Made by a program: the position numbers and the translations under genes. A stretch of DNA of 49,680 bases from Flavobacteriales bacterium (lineage in GTDB: Bacteria > Bacteroidota > Bacteroidia > Flavobacteriales_C > GCA-002722245), in assembly GCA_002720635.1 (NCBI GenBank), contig PBJD01000047.1, positions 1 to 49,680 on the forward strand. Direction: 5' to 3'. Below, piece by piece: positions 39,501 to 47,781 of the stretch. The first letter of the stretch is position 1, and each line of letters begins with the position of its first letter. The notes under the pieces were generated by a model, which did not search any database, was not told the DNA's origin, and saw nothing but the letters and a program-made list of their open reading frames with translations.

Positions 39501-39795
39501 CAAAGCCACCAAAACATCAATAGGGTTTAAAGATGTTGAAAATAAGATTTTTGAAAAGACGACTTTGAAATATCAGAAGAGTGACTGTTTTTATATGTAT
39601 TCTGATGGATATCCTGATCAATTTGGCGGACCAAAAAATAAAAAATTCAAGAGTAAAATATTTAAAGAGATGTTGATTGAGGGAAATTCAAAAAGCATGA
39701 AAAATCAAAAGGAAATTATTAGTCAGCGCTTTAATGAATGGATGGGAGACCGCGAACAGGTTGATGATATCCTAATTATGGGAATTAAATTTTAA
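36559..39795 (+). CDS. Periplasmic double beta-propeller (14 Reg_prop repeats) + Y_Y_Y sensor fused through one TM helix and a coiled coil to a PP2C/SpoIIE-type Ser/Thr phosphatase
   Basis: 1078-aa ORF with a signal peptide and 14 repeats carrying (I/L)W(I/F)GT.xGL cores. It has a Y_Y_Y-like segment (TYYSYLERDG...GEYQFVVYA), a TM helix (IWFIILISLVIIFAIILFI) and a KE-rich coiled coil. PP2C blocks are VSGDFYWY, ADCTGHGVPGAL, NDGMDISL, YSDGYPDQFGG and QVDDILIMGIKF. Confidence 0.85.
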   Translation: MRKILFKLFLLISFSLQSQSYHFLNLTVEDGLAENEVFDLIQDRRGAIWMATLGGVSVYDGLSFMNLNDSSGLPSNIINCLYEDIKGDIWIGTHKGLTVYDGTEFHTFTQKDGLPTNVVKSICEDGFGRLWIGTQYGGLCMLDNFAKDKKTFVPFDINFGGRGRLSVNKVIETPDAKIYIGTNQGLAEIFNGIVKTYTTKNGLIGNSIYDLEEDVNGDIWIGTRDGLSVFSDGIFNNFTPSPNFPVNAVKTLEQDKSDNIWIGTVNSGVIKLNINNYECEIFNEENGLSEDLVLSILEDKHDNIWVGTKGGGVNKITRSSFKSIGIKDGLPNEKINGLIQDSKDNFWFATRGGLIRYNGVDSFQLFDKKSGLPVNYTTTVFEDSKKNIWAGTLLGVVKIQNGVIQKVYSVLDGVRNPVTCFFEDQNGIIWIGTEGGLGKLDDDATIKFYRMFDGLSDGKISAVTQDKSGKLWIGTKSRGINWFNGIEFGQISEDDGLIPSNFINCITKGPRGGIYIGTNAGITKFDENRNTYKTFNTNNSKISSDNIKMMLFDEDNQLWIGTNKGLDRISFNPPQITRQTGEYISEVKHFGKSDGITGGQINGNAICEDFDGNLWFGTNKGVIKHDRSVDHTSDIAPQTYFTALELENKIINWAKRNYEVEAWSKMPKNLVLPHDSSTLTFHFVGINHDNSAETTYYSYLERDGEVFAPLKINNESKRDFTKLPPGEYQFVVYACNKDDFCNDKTSSKFSFTISPPFWAEIWFIILISLVIIFAIILFIKYREKKLKEEREFLEEKVKERNQEVLEKNKELESVNLEMISVNKEIEQKNNDLNSSIRYALTIQKASFPPLQNLYEELPNSFIYHLPRDIVSGDFYWYRKTNNKFVIACADCTGHGVPGALTSMIGIALLNEIVGGNKITDPSEILRLLDQGILKAFENSESETNDGMDISLITIDTKADTIEYSGAYRPLIMIRNNELFEYKATKTSIGFKDVENKIFEKTTLKYQKSDCFYMYSDGYPDQFGGPKNKKFKSKIFKEMLIEGNSKSMKNQKEIISQRFNEWMGDREQVDDILIMGIKF

Positions 39796-40117
39796 CCGCC
39801 AGAATTTCACTTACTTCAAGATTTAAAAAAGCTACCTGCAATAAATCTATACTCAAATTTAGTTCTTCCCAACTTAAAGCCAACATCATATTTTTCACCG
39901 GGGTTTTTAAAAAGACCTTTTCGACCAAATGATTCTTTTTTAAATCATATTCATCCTTAGTTCCTAATAATGCCTTTAAAAATATTTTTGGTTGCTCATC
40001 TTTAAACTTTAGTATAAAAGTGCCCACACCAATAATCATTTCCTGATATTCTTTACAATAAAGCACGTTTCCAATTTCGTTACTTGAGAGCATTTTATAA
40101 TTACAATCTGACATCAT
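39785..40117 (-). CDS. Hypothetical small protein
   Basis: 110-aa ORF with an ATG start and no recognisable motif. Its 3' end overlaps the phosphatase gene 3' end by 11 nt. Coding status is uncertain. Confidence 0.4.
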   Translation of the reverse strand: MMSDCNYKMLSSNEIGNVLYCKEYQEMIIGVGTFILKFKDEQPKIFLKALLGTKDEYDLKKNHLVEKVFLKTPVKNMMLALSWEELNLSIDLLQVAFLNLEVSEILAVKI

Positions 40118-40273
40118 TTATTATTTAGATTCTTTCTAGATTGCAAAATTGAAATATTGTGCGTTAAAACGCAATCACTAAAAAAGGCTATTCTTATCCA
40201 AAAAAGAATAAAATCGAAATATGACCTCCTTTCAGCATCTTTTAAAGCCGTTAATTATTCAATTAACAGCTAG

Positions 40274-41629
40274 TTATATTAAACCGCGAGACTTTAAATC
40301 AATATATTTATTAATGGTATCAATATTTAATCTTTCAGGGGTCGTTAAAATTGTATTTATACCATATTTTTTTAATTCAGCAGCTATTGTTTGCTTTTCA
40401 ATTACAGATTTTTGGGCTATCGTTTGTAAATATATTTCTTCAATTGACTCAGCTTTCCTATTAGATTTTTCAACTAATCCTGTATTTTCGAAGAAAATAA
40501 CTACCAATAAATGTAACTTACTGATTTTTCTAAGCATTGGCAAAGCGCGCTCCATAGCGTAAAGACTTTCAAAATTTGAATACAAAAAAAGTAAACTTCT
40601 ACCTTTTATATTCTGCCGAATACCATAGTATAACATTTCAAAATTAGCCTCATTATATCTTGTTTTTTGACGATACAAATTCTCTAATAATTTCCTTAAT
40701 TGCCCACCTAATTTATCCGCTTTAACATGAACACCCAATTTGTCAGAAAAGGTCATTAAACCTACTTTATCATCTTTTCGTAAAGCTATGTTTGAAATTA
40801 CCAATGCAGAATTAATACTATGATCCAATAAAGTCATATTATCAAAAGGCATTTTCATTGTTCTGCTTTTATCTATTATGGAATAGATTGTTTGCGAGCG
40901 TTCATCCTGGAACTGATTAACCATTAATTCCCCCTTGCGACTTGTAGCCCTCCAGTTTATCTTCCTGAAATCATCTCCCTGAACATATGCCTTAATTTGC
41001 TCAAATTCCTGAGCATTTCCAATCTGACGAACTTTTTTAAGCCCTTGATTTAAATTTGAATTTGTAAAAACTTTTAATTCATATTCTCGCATTAAACGAA
41101 CGGAGGGGTATACCTTTGCAGAAAAATCTTGAGAAAAACGGACTCTTCTCTGAACCATTCTTAAAAATGAGCCTGCAAATACATTTAATGAACCAAACAA
41201 ATACTCGCCTCTTTTTACAGGTCTCAAATTATATTTTAAAACATCTTCTTCTCCGGGTTTTAAGATTAGAAATTTAGAAAAATCTCTGATTTGAAACTGA
41301 TAAGGCAGTTCATCAATAATTTTAATTCTTATTGGAACTGAATTTTTATTTTTCACTCGTACTCTAACCTGATTGTTTTCCCCAAGGTTTAATTGCTCTT
41401 TTACTATTCTTTCTGCTTCTATTTTTTCTGAACCAAAAAACAAAATCAAAATATCAATAAACAAATACCCTATGACCAACGACAAAAACATTTGAGCATA
41501 AAAGAAAAATATTTCAATTAAAAAACTGACCATGAAAAAAGAAGCTGTAACTCCCAGCAGAAAGTAAAACCAACTTGTTAAATAGATGTTTGCTATGAAT
41601 TTATTTTTTTTCATTAAATTCTCATACAA
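40274..41629 (-). CDS. DUF58 domain protein (vWA-like MoxR partner) with N-terminal TM hairpin
   Basis: 451-aa ORF with two N-terminal TM helices and the DUF58 signature GDDFRKINWRATSRKGELMVNQFQDERSQ. It starts 5 nt after the moxR stop. Confidence 0.8.
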   Translation of the reverse strand: MYENLMKKNKFIANIYLTSWFYFLLGVTASFFMVSFLIEIFFFYAQMFLSLVIGYLFIDILILFFGSEKIEAERIVKEQLNLGENNQVRVRVKNKNSVPIRIKIIDELPYQFQIRDFSKFLILKPGEEDVLKYNLRPVKRGEYLFGSLNVFAGSFLRMVQRRVRFSQDFSAKVYPSVRLMREYELKVFTNSNLNQGLKKVRQIGNAQEFEQIKAYVQGDDFRKINWRATSRKGELMVNQFQDERSQTIYSIIDKSRTMKMPFDNMTLLDHSINSALVISNIALRKDDKVGLMTFSDKLGVHVKADKLGGQLRKLLENLYRQKTRYNEANFEMLYYGIRQNIKGRSLLFLYSNFESLYAMERALPMLRKISKLHLLVVIFFENTGLVEKSNRKAESIEEIYLQTIAQKSVIEKQTIAAELKKYGINTILTTPERLNIDTINKYIDLKSRGLI

Positions 41630-41634
41630 CTAAA

Positions 41635-42735
41635 TTAACGAGGAACTTCTATTTTTTGAATAATTTCAGCAATCACATCTTCTGCAGTAATGCCCTCCAT
41701 TTCAGTCTCCGGAGTTAAAATAATTCTATGGTTTAAAACAGGTTCCGAGACGTATTGAATGTCGTCGGGAGTAACGAAATCTCTTCCTCTAATCGCAGCA
41801 GCAGCTTTAGCAGATTTTAAAATAGAGAGAGATGCTCTGGGTGAGGCTCCAATATATAATCTTGCGTGGTTTCTGGTCTCAGCAATTAACTTAGCGATAT
41901 ACTCAATTAACTGATCTTCTATTTTGACTTCCTCTATTAATCCCTGAAACTCTTCAATTTCAGCGGCACTTAAAATAGAATTAATTTGATCAAATGAAAC
42001 ATCTTTAATACTATTTTTAAAGCGCTTTAATATCTCTACTTCTTCCTGAAAAGAAGGGTATTCCAACTTTATTCTAAAAATAAATCTATCCAGTTGAGCT
42101 TCTGGTAATCGGTATGTACCTTCTTGTTCAATAGGGTTTTGTGTAGCCATTATAAAAAAGGGAGGGTCCATTTTATACTTAACACCATCATTTGTCACCT
42201 GTCTTTCCTCCATAATTTCAAAAAGTGCAGCTTGAGTTTTAGCAGGAGAACGATTGATCTCGTCAATCAATACGATATTGGAAAAAACAGGACCTTTCTT
42301 GTAAGTGAATTCTGATGTTTTTACGTTGAAAATTGATGTTCCTAAAACATCTGACGGCATTAAATCTGGAGTGAATTGAATTCTTGAGTAATCAACCGAA
42401 AGTGTTTTTGAAATCACCTTAGAAGTCATTGTTTTGGCTATTCCAGGAACACCCTCAAGCAAAACATGTCCTCTTGAAAATATAGCCAGCAAAATCTGAT
42501 CAATAAGCTGGTGTTGTCCAATAATCAATTTACTTACTTCTTTCTTTACAGCATCTACCTTGGCCTGAAAATTCTGTAATTTCAACCTCGATTCCGGTAC
42601 AAAAGAAACCGATTCAGTATCTTCCTCAACAGAAGGCAAGCTATTTTCCATATCGGTTTTAGATTCCTCAATATTATTCTGATCATTTTCTTGATTCAAA
42701 TCAGTTTTAGGTTGCAGATTTTCGTTTGATTCCAT
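41635..42735 (-). CDS. MoxR-family AAA+ ATPase
   Basis: 366-aa ORF with Walker A (HVLLEGVPGIAKT), Walker B (VLIDEINRSPAKTQ) and the MoxR-type block ATQNPIEQEGTYRLPEAQLDRF. It has a ~50-aa acidic N-terminal extension. Confidence 0.9.
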   Translation of the reverse strand: MESNENLQPKTDLNQENDQNNIEESKTDMENSLPSVEEDTESVSFVPESRLKLQNFQAKVDAVKKEVSKLIIGQHQLIDQILLAIFSRGHVLLEGVPGIAKTMTSKVISKTLSVDYSRIQFTPDLMPSDVLGTSIFNVKTSEFTYKKGPVFSNIVLIDEINRSPAKTQAALFEIMEERQVTNDGVKYKMDPPFFIMATQNPIEQEGTYRLPEAQLDRFIFRIKLEYPSFQEEVEILKRFKNSIKDVSFDQINSILSAAEIEEFQGLIEEVKIEDQLIEYIAKLIAETRNHARLYIGASPRASLSILKSAKAAAAIRGRDFVTPDDIQYVSEPVLNHRIILTPETEMEGITAEDVIAEIIQKIEVPR

Positions 42736-42737
42736 AA

Positions 42738-44018
42738 TTATTTAGCTTTTTTATAAAAATTATTTAGCTTTTTGTACAAATTAACCAGGTATTCATCCGA
42801 TACACCAGTGAGGTTTGCTCCCCCTTTAAATAAATTAAGTATATCTTGAATTTCTGATTTTTCAACACCGGATTTTTGAGCAATTCTTCTTACATATACT
42901 TCTTCCTCGGAAGAAGCAATATAATATCGAGACTTAATCTTATTTTTAAAGATGTTCTCCATGTGAACGATTAATTTGTTATGTTGATTTTGTTTTAAAT
43001 ACAATCGAGCAATAGTCTCTGTAAATTCAAGAGATGAATTGTCATTGGAGGAAACTGTGGGCATTATCTTTTGCTGTCTTTTCCCTGTAAAAATCACAAA
43101 CAAAATTACACCTGCCAAAATAATAAAATACCCCCATCGAAGAGCATGATTACTCAGAAGGAAATCAAGTGAATTTAGTTCTCGTGAAAAATCATTTTCA
43201 GGATGGTCAATCTCCATAGTGCCATCATCGTAAGCGTAATGAGTGTAATTGTCAAATAAAATTGCACTACTCGAAAAATATGAAAGTACTGTTTCCACAT
43301 ATTCTTTTCCCGATTCAGAGCTCATATATCTGTTTGTAAAAACTTGTGGTATCGTATGAATTAATATTTTGCCATCTCCATATTTGAATTCTGCATAACA
43401 CGGACGATAACCCGCTTTACCAATCGTTCTTCCATCAAAGCCATATTCTATACCATAATTTATATTATACCACCTCTTTGTTTTTGACTTCCCTTTGACT
43501 TCATTTGCAATTTCATACTCACCTGTAAACCTGCTGTCCTCAAAAGACAAAGATATCGACGAATCATTGGTGTAACCATAATAATTGTAGTCATTATAAT
43601 TGTAAAAAATTTCCTTTAAAAGATGATTCGGTAAAAATTCAGCGGCAAGAAACATGGTATTCCCCTTATCAACAAAACGCAATAAACTGTCAACCTCATT
43701 ATTATATAAATTAAGCGATTTTCCCACAAAAAAATAAGTTACGTTATCCAACTTTATTTGCATTTCAGTACTGTCAAAGTAAGATTGGACAGACACATTT
43801 ATATCATGTACGGAATGACCCTCAAGGCCATTATCAAAAATTCTTCTGATAAAAAAAGTGCCATAAGGATGTTTACTTTTTGAATCGTATGTTTTTTCCC
43901 AATTAATTGACTCAACGGTTCTTTCTCTAATTGCAACATTATCTTGATTACTTTCTCCAAAAAAATACGCAACACATCCGAGTAGCAAAACCAAGACAAT
44001 CATTATTACATATTTCAT
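42738..44018 (-). CDS. DUF4350-like membrane protein
   Basis: It has an N-terminal TM helix, a large extracytoplasmic domain beginning INWEKTYDSKSKHPYGTFFIRRIF (DUF4350-like), a second TM helix (WGYFIILAGVILFVIF) and a cytoplasmic tail. I chose ATG 44018; the ORF-track GTG is at 44036. Confidence 0.6.
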   Translation of the reverse strand: MKYVIMIVLVLLLGCVAYFFGESNQDNVAIRERTVESINWEKTYDSKSKHPYGTFFIRRIFDNGLEGHSVHDINVSVQSYFDSTEMQIKLDNVTYFFVGKSLNLYNNEVDSLLRFVDKGNTMFLAAEFLPNHLLKEIFYNYNDYNYYGYTNDSSISLSFEDSRFTGEYEIANEVKGKSKTKRWYNINYGIEYGFDGRTIGKAGYRPCYAEFKYGDGKILIHTIPQVFTNRYMSSESGKEYVETVLSYFSSSAILFDNYTHYAYDDGTMEIDHPENDFSRELNSLDFLLSNHALRWGYFIILAGVILFVIFTGKRQQKIMPTVSSNDNSSLEFTETIARLYLKQNQHNKLIVHMENIFKNKIKSRYYIASSEEEVYVRRIAQKSGVEKSEIQDILNLFKGGANLTGVSDEYLVNLYKKLNNFYKKAK

Positions 44019-44048
44019 AGAAGTGTTTATTGCCACCTTTTGATCTAC

Positions 44049-44984
44049 TTACTTTATTTTGCTTATCAACTCTTTAAAATGTTTCTCAACCACATTAAAT
44101 TCATCCAATAAAATATTATATTTTCCATACCAAATGAACTCATAATTTTTTACTCCTGCTTCGAAATCTTCTGAAAATGACTTATCAGCAAGTTCTAAAT
44201 GATAATGATAATTGGTTTTTCTCTTTTTCCAATTGATATAACCTTTATCCGATAACTCCTTAATTACCCAGACAAAATATAATCTGGTAGCCACTCTATA
44301 GTCCTTTGACTCCTTGGCTCTTTTGATGTTTATTTCCAATTCAGACAATTGCACGGAATCAGGATTCATTTCCTGATGATATAAAATCTTAGCTCCGGAA
44401 CCCTCTATCGGAGCATTAACAAACAACATATATGCTGCCGCTCCAAGAATAATCGCAATAAGAAGTATTAAAATAAATTTAAAAATTCCTCCGCCATAAC
44501 TAATCTCAGAACTGTATTCCTCGCTCATTCTATCCGATGGCTCCACCTTCCTTAGCCGATTTTCTTCAATTTGTCTTTTTCTGTTTTCCAACCTTTCCAG
44601 AGCAACTCTTCTTTGGTACTCTTTTCTTTTAGTATTTTCTCGGGCGTCGGGCTGAACACCATCACCAGAATTGTTGGCTCCACCACCTCTATTTTTTTCC
44701 GAATAATAACTTCTTCCTGTAATTGAATCATGAATATAAATTGTATAATTATCACCTTTTTCAACACCATAGCCAACTCCGAATTGAGAGCTGTCCTCAA
44801 GAAGTTTTTTTTGCTCCATGTCCTCAATTAAATCAACTTCTTCCTTTAACTTTTCATATTCTTTTGCATTAAACTCTTTCTTATCCGGACCATAATAAAC
44901 TTCATCATAAGCTGTTTGTGACCTTACTAAAAAAGTAGAAAAAATAACTAAAACCAGAACAACCTTCCTAAAAATCTCCCTCAT
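44049..44984 (-). CDS. DUF4129-like membrane protein
   Basis: 311-aa ORF with a signal/anchor, a charged low-complexity segment, a TM helix (FKFILILLIAIILGAAAYMLFV) and a C-terminal region (YRVATRLYFVWVIKEL...INWKKRKTNYHYHLEL...YGKY) resembling DUF4129. Confidence 0.6.
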   Translation of the reverse strand: MREIFRKVVLVLVIFSTFLVRSQTAYDEVYYGPDKKEFNAKEYEKLKEEVDLIEDMEQKKLLEDSSQFGVGYGVEKGDNYTIYIHDSITGRSYYSEKNRGGGANNSGDGVQPDARENTKRKEYQRRVALERLENRKRQIEENRLRKVEPSDRMSEEYSSEISYGGGIFKFILILLIAIILGAAAYMLFVNAPIEGSGAKILYHQEMNPDSVQLSELEINIKRAKESKDYRVATRLYFVWVIKELSDKGYINWKKRKTNYHYHLELADKSFSEDFEAGVKNYEFIWYGKYNILLDEFNVVEKHFKELISKIK

Positions 44985-46869
44985 CTATATGTTCAAATAA
45001 ATTATTCTTATTTCCAAAATCTTGTAACCTACTGTATAGTGTTAAAGCCATAATTCGCTCTCTAACAGAGTGAAATTGGATTGCCAATCCAGTAATAACA
45101 AATGAAATTATCACTACCAAGAAAAAATAATACAACACAAAATTTAATGCATTGGCATATTGCGTTACATTATCGGTAAAAGGGTTTACATGCTCCAGGA
45201 AAAATTGAGTTATAAAATCTAACGCTGCTGTAGTACTTGAGCCAAAAATTCTTGACAAAATAAAGCCTGCAAAGAATAAAATTAAAGGAATTACCATTTG
45301 TAATAAGAATACCCCTATTGATCCAAGCCAAGATTTAAAAACTAATTTTACTCCCGTCCTGTAAAGTCGTCCATATTTATCCTCATGGTAAAAGCCAAAG
45401 TATGAAAACTGAAAAATAAACGGAACCAAAAATACTCCAATTAAAATCATTAATGGATTTTGCCATAAATGCATAAACACCAAAAATATGATTAATGGCC
45501 AAATCTTTATAAGTCCAAAAAAGCAATATTTATAGAAACCATAGGTTTTAAATTTTTGATTCACTCTATAAAGAAACAAAGCGTAATAAACACTTAAAAA
45601 AACAGGTACTATTAAAATCATCATAAAAATTAGGTTAACCCATCCCGATGGCTCCAGATAAAAAACGTTTTCCAAAGTTTTCCACCAATCTAATTCTTGC
45701 TCATATTCAGTTAAAAAAAAGAAATGATAAACTGTTATGGAAAGCATGAAAGGAAAACCTGAAAGGGATAGGCCTCTTAGAATATTGCCAAAAGATTGCC
45801 GAAACAATTTTAAGGTGTCGTTGAAAATATCCCCTACCTCTCTAACTTTTTCAAAAGGAATCTTTTTATGTTCTGTATGCGGAATCGTATCATTAAAAAT
45901 AAATTTACCCGTTTTTATTTTTGTCTTGTATAGATAAATAGGGTATGCGATAAAATAAAAACAAACTAACGCTAAAGAACCTAAAACAAGACTATACTTT
46001 AATGCCATTGGCATATTGGTATATCGAGTTATACTGCCTTCAATAAAACCTGCAATAATCAGCATGAAAAGACACCCGATAATTATTTTAAAACTTCTTT
46101 TAGCTGTAATTCGCAAAGACTGTAAACGCGTGTAGGTCCCCGGAAAAAGTAAACCTCCACCAAGTAAAAATCCAGCTCCTCCTGCTAAAATTATTGCAGA
46201 AATTTCTAATACACCGTGAATCCAAATAATCCACATAGCATTATCGAGCACTCCTTTATAAAATAAATAATAATGGAACGCACCTAGCATTATTCCATTT
46301 TTTATTAATATAACTACAGAAGGAATACCTCCAACAATACCAAAAGTATAGGTCGTTGCAGCAACTATCGTATTATTTGTGGTCAACCCAAAAGTTGACC
46401 ATGCAGAATTTCCATGTTGATGATATACTGCCATAGGATCGCCATTTTTTATATTTTCATCTGTCATTTGAATATAGCTTGAACCCATTATTTCCTTAGC
46501 ATATTCAATATCGTTTGCAGATGAAACAATACCAATCATGATGGCACCAGTAAAGACAACCAGAGAAAGTAATATTGGTTTCCAACTTCGAGCAACCTCC
46601 ATTGGCAAACCAAATGTGAAAAATTTAACAAAACTAGCCCCTTTTACCTTTTTGTTTTTGTTCACTTTTAAAAACACCAATTGAGACAAGTAATTCAAGT
46701 AAACACGAACGGATCGCTTGTTGTAAAATGTTCTTGTATAGCTTAAATCATCTGTGATTTCGACAAATAACTTGGTTAGCTCATCAGGATTCGCATTTTC
46801 TCTGCGTTGCATATCCTCAAACTTTTTCCAGCTCTTCTTTTTCTGTCGTATAAAGGTAGTTTCCCGCAC
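44968..46869 (-). CDS. SpoIIM/DUF95-like polytopic membrane protein with an extra C-terminal polytopic domain
   Basis: 633-aa ORF with a GTG start. The N-terminal ~315 aa (MRETTFIRQKKKSWKKFEDM..., IWIHGVLEISAIILAGGAG, FIEGSITRY) resembles stage II sporulation protein M-like proteins. Residues ~320-633 add at least 6 hydrophobic helices with no motif I recognise. Confidence 0.65.
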   Translation of the reverse strand: MRETTFIRQKKKSWKKFEDMQRRENANPDELTKLFVEITDDLSYTRTFYNKRSVRVYLNYLSQLVFLKVNKNKKVKGASFVKFFTFGLPMEVARSWKPILLSLVVFTGAIMIGIVSSANDIEYAKEIMGSSYIQMTDENIKNGDPMAVYHQHGNSAWSTFGLTTNNTIVAATTYTFGIVGGIPSVVILIKNGIMLGAFHYYLFYKGVLDNAMWIIWIHGVLEISAIILAGGAGFLLGGGLLFPGTYTRLQSLRITAKRSFKIIIGCLFMLIIAGFIEGSITRYTNMPMALKYSLVLGSLALVCFYFIAYPIYLYKTKIKTGKFIFNDTIPHTEHKKIPFEKVREVGDIFNDTLKLFRQSFGNILRGLSLSGFPFMLSITVYHFFFLTEYEQELDWWKTLENVFYLEPSGWVNLIFMMILIVPVFLSVYYALFLYRVNQKFKTYGFYKYCFFGLIKIWPLIIFLVFMHLWQNPLMILIGVFLVPFIFQFSYFGFYHEDKYGRLYRTGVKLVFKSWLGSIGVFLLQMVIPLILFFAGFILSRIFGSSTTAALDFITQFFLEHVNPFTDNVTQYANALNFVLYYFFLVVIISFVITGLAIQFHSVRERIMALTLYSRLQDFGNKNNLFEHIDEGDF

Positions 46870-46955
46870 TTCAATAAAATTGAAGGTTAAAATTGCTGTT
46901 TATCCTTCTGAATCCAAAACAATTTGTATTATTTCTTGCTATATTGGCACTTTAA

Positions 46956-47696
46956 ATGCGTACAATAAGTATAAATACAACCCAAAATGTAGCCATTGAC
47001 TACGAACTGGCTGGTTTAATGGAACGCTTGTTAGCTTTTTTATTGGATAGTATAATTTTAGCTGCTTATTTATCAATCGTTAGAAAATTTATTTTATTAG
47101 GTGCTTTAAGTGGTTCTGGTGACATCATTTTATTTGTAGCCGTTGTCTTTCTTATGTTCCCTCCTATTATTAGTTATCATTTAATCTGTGAATCCTTATG
47201 GAATGGTCAATCCATTGGAAAAAAAGCACTCGGAATTAAAGTAATGAAGTGTAATGGACAACAAATGGACATCGGCGATTATGGAAAACGGTGGATGTTT
47301 CGTCTTATTGATATTTTATTATCATGTGGAAGTGTAGCCGTTATTACCATTATGAGCAATGACTACAACCAAAGGCTTGGGGATATTGTTGGTGATACTT
47401 GCGTTGTGAAAATAAATCCAAGAAATCAAATGTCCATTAAAGACGTTCTAAAAATTAAAACTCAAGAAAACTATGAACCCAAATACGAGGGGGTAGTTCG
47501 TTTTACAGAAGAGGATATGCTTTTGTTAAAAAACACTTTGGACAGAGCAAAAAGAAATCCAAATGTTCATTATAAAAAATTACTGGCTTTGTTAGCCGAC
47601 AAAATTTGCAAAGAACTTGACATTAAAAAAGTACCCAAGCAAAGAACTAAATTCCTGAAGACTATATTGAATGACTATATTGTCCTAACCCGCTAG
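46956..47696 (+). CDS. RDD family membrane protein
   Basis: 246-aa ORF with RDD-type elements (GLMERLLAFLLDSIIL; QSIGKKALGIKV; QRLGDIVGDTCVV) plus a ~90-aa soluble C-terminal extension. It is divergent from the SpoIIM-like operon. Confidence 0.8.
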   Translation: MRTISINTTQNVAIDYELAGLMERLLAFLLDSIILAAYLSIVRKFILLGALSGSGDIILFVAVVFLMFPPIISYHLICESLWNGQSIGKKALGIKVMKCNGQQMDIGDYGKRWMFRLIDILLSCGSVAVITIMSNDYNQRLGDIVGDTCVVKINPRNQMSIKDVLKIKTQENYEPKYEGVVRFTEEDMLLLKNTLDRAKRNPNVHYKKLLALLADKICKELDIKKVPKQRTKFLKTILNDYIVLTR

Positions 47697-47781
47697 TGTA
47701 GTATGGTCTTTACAAAATGTGCCTAATTATTTTTCATTAAATTTATTAGAGAATCTATAGAGGAGTATATCTGAAAGGATA

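Noticed and set aside
40221-40562. 113-aa plus-strand ORF overlapping the 3' end of the DUF58 gene
   Set aside because: It is antisense to the DUF58 C-terminus. It has a hydrophobic low-complexity translation and no independent signals.
40274-42735. MoxR + vWA-like pair as a possible NTPase-based conflict/defence system
   Set aside because: No effector-type domains (nuclease, TIR, caspase-like protease, pore-former) and no mobile-element context are visible. The neighbours are conserved-looking membrane proteins, so a housekeeping envelope role fits better than immunity.
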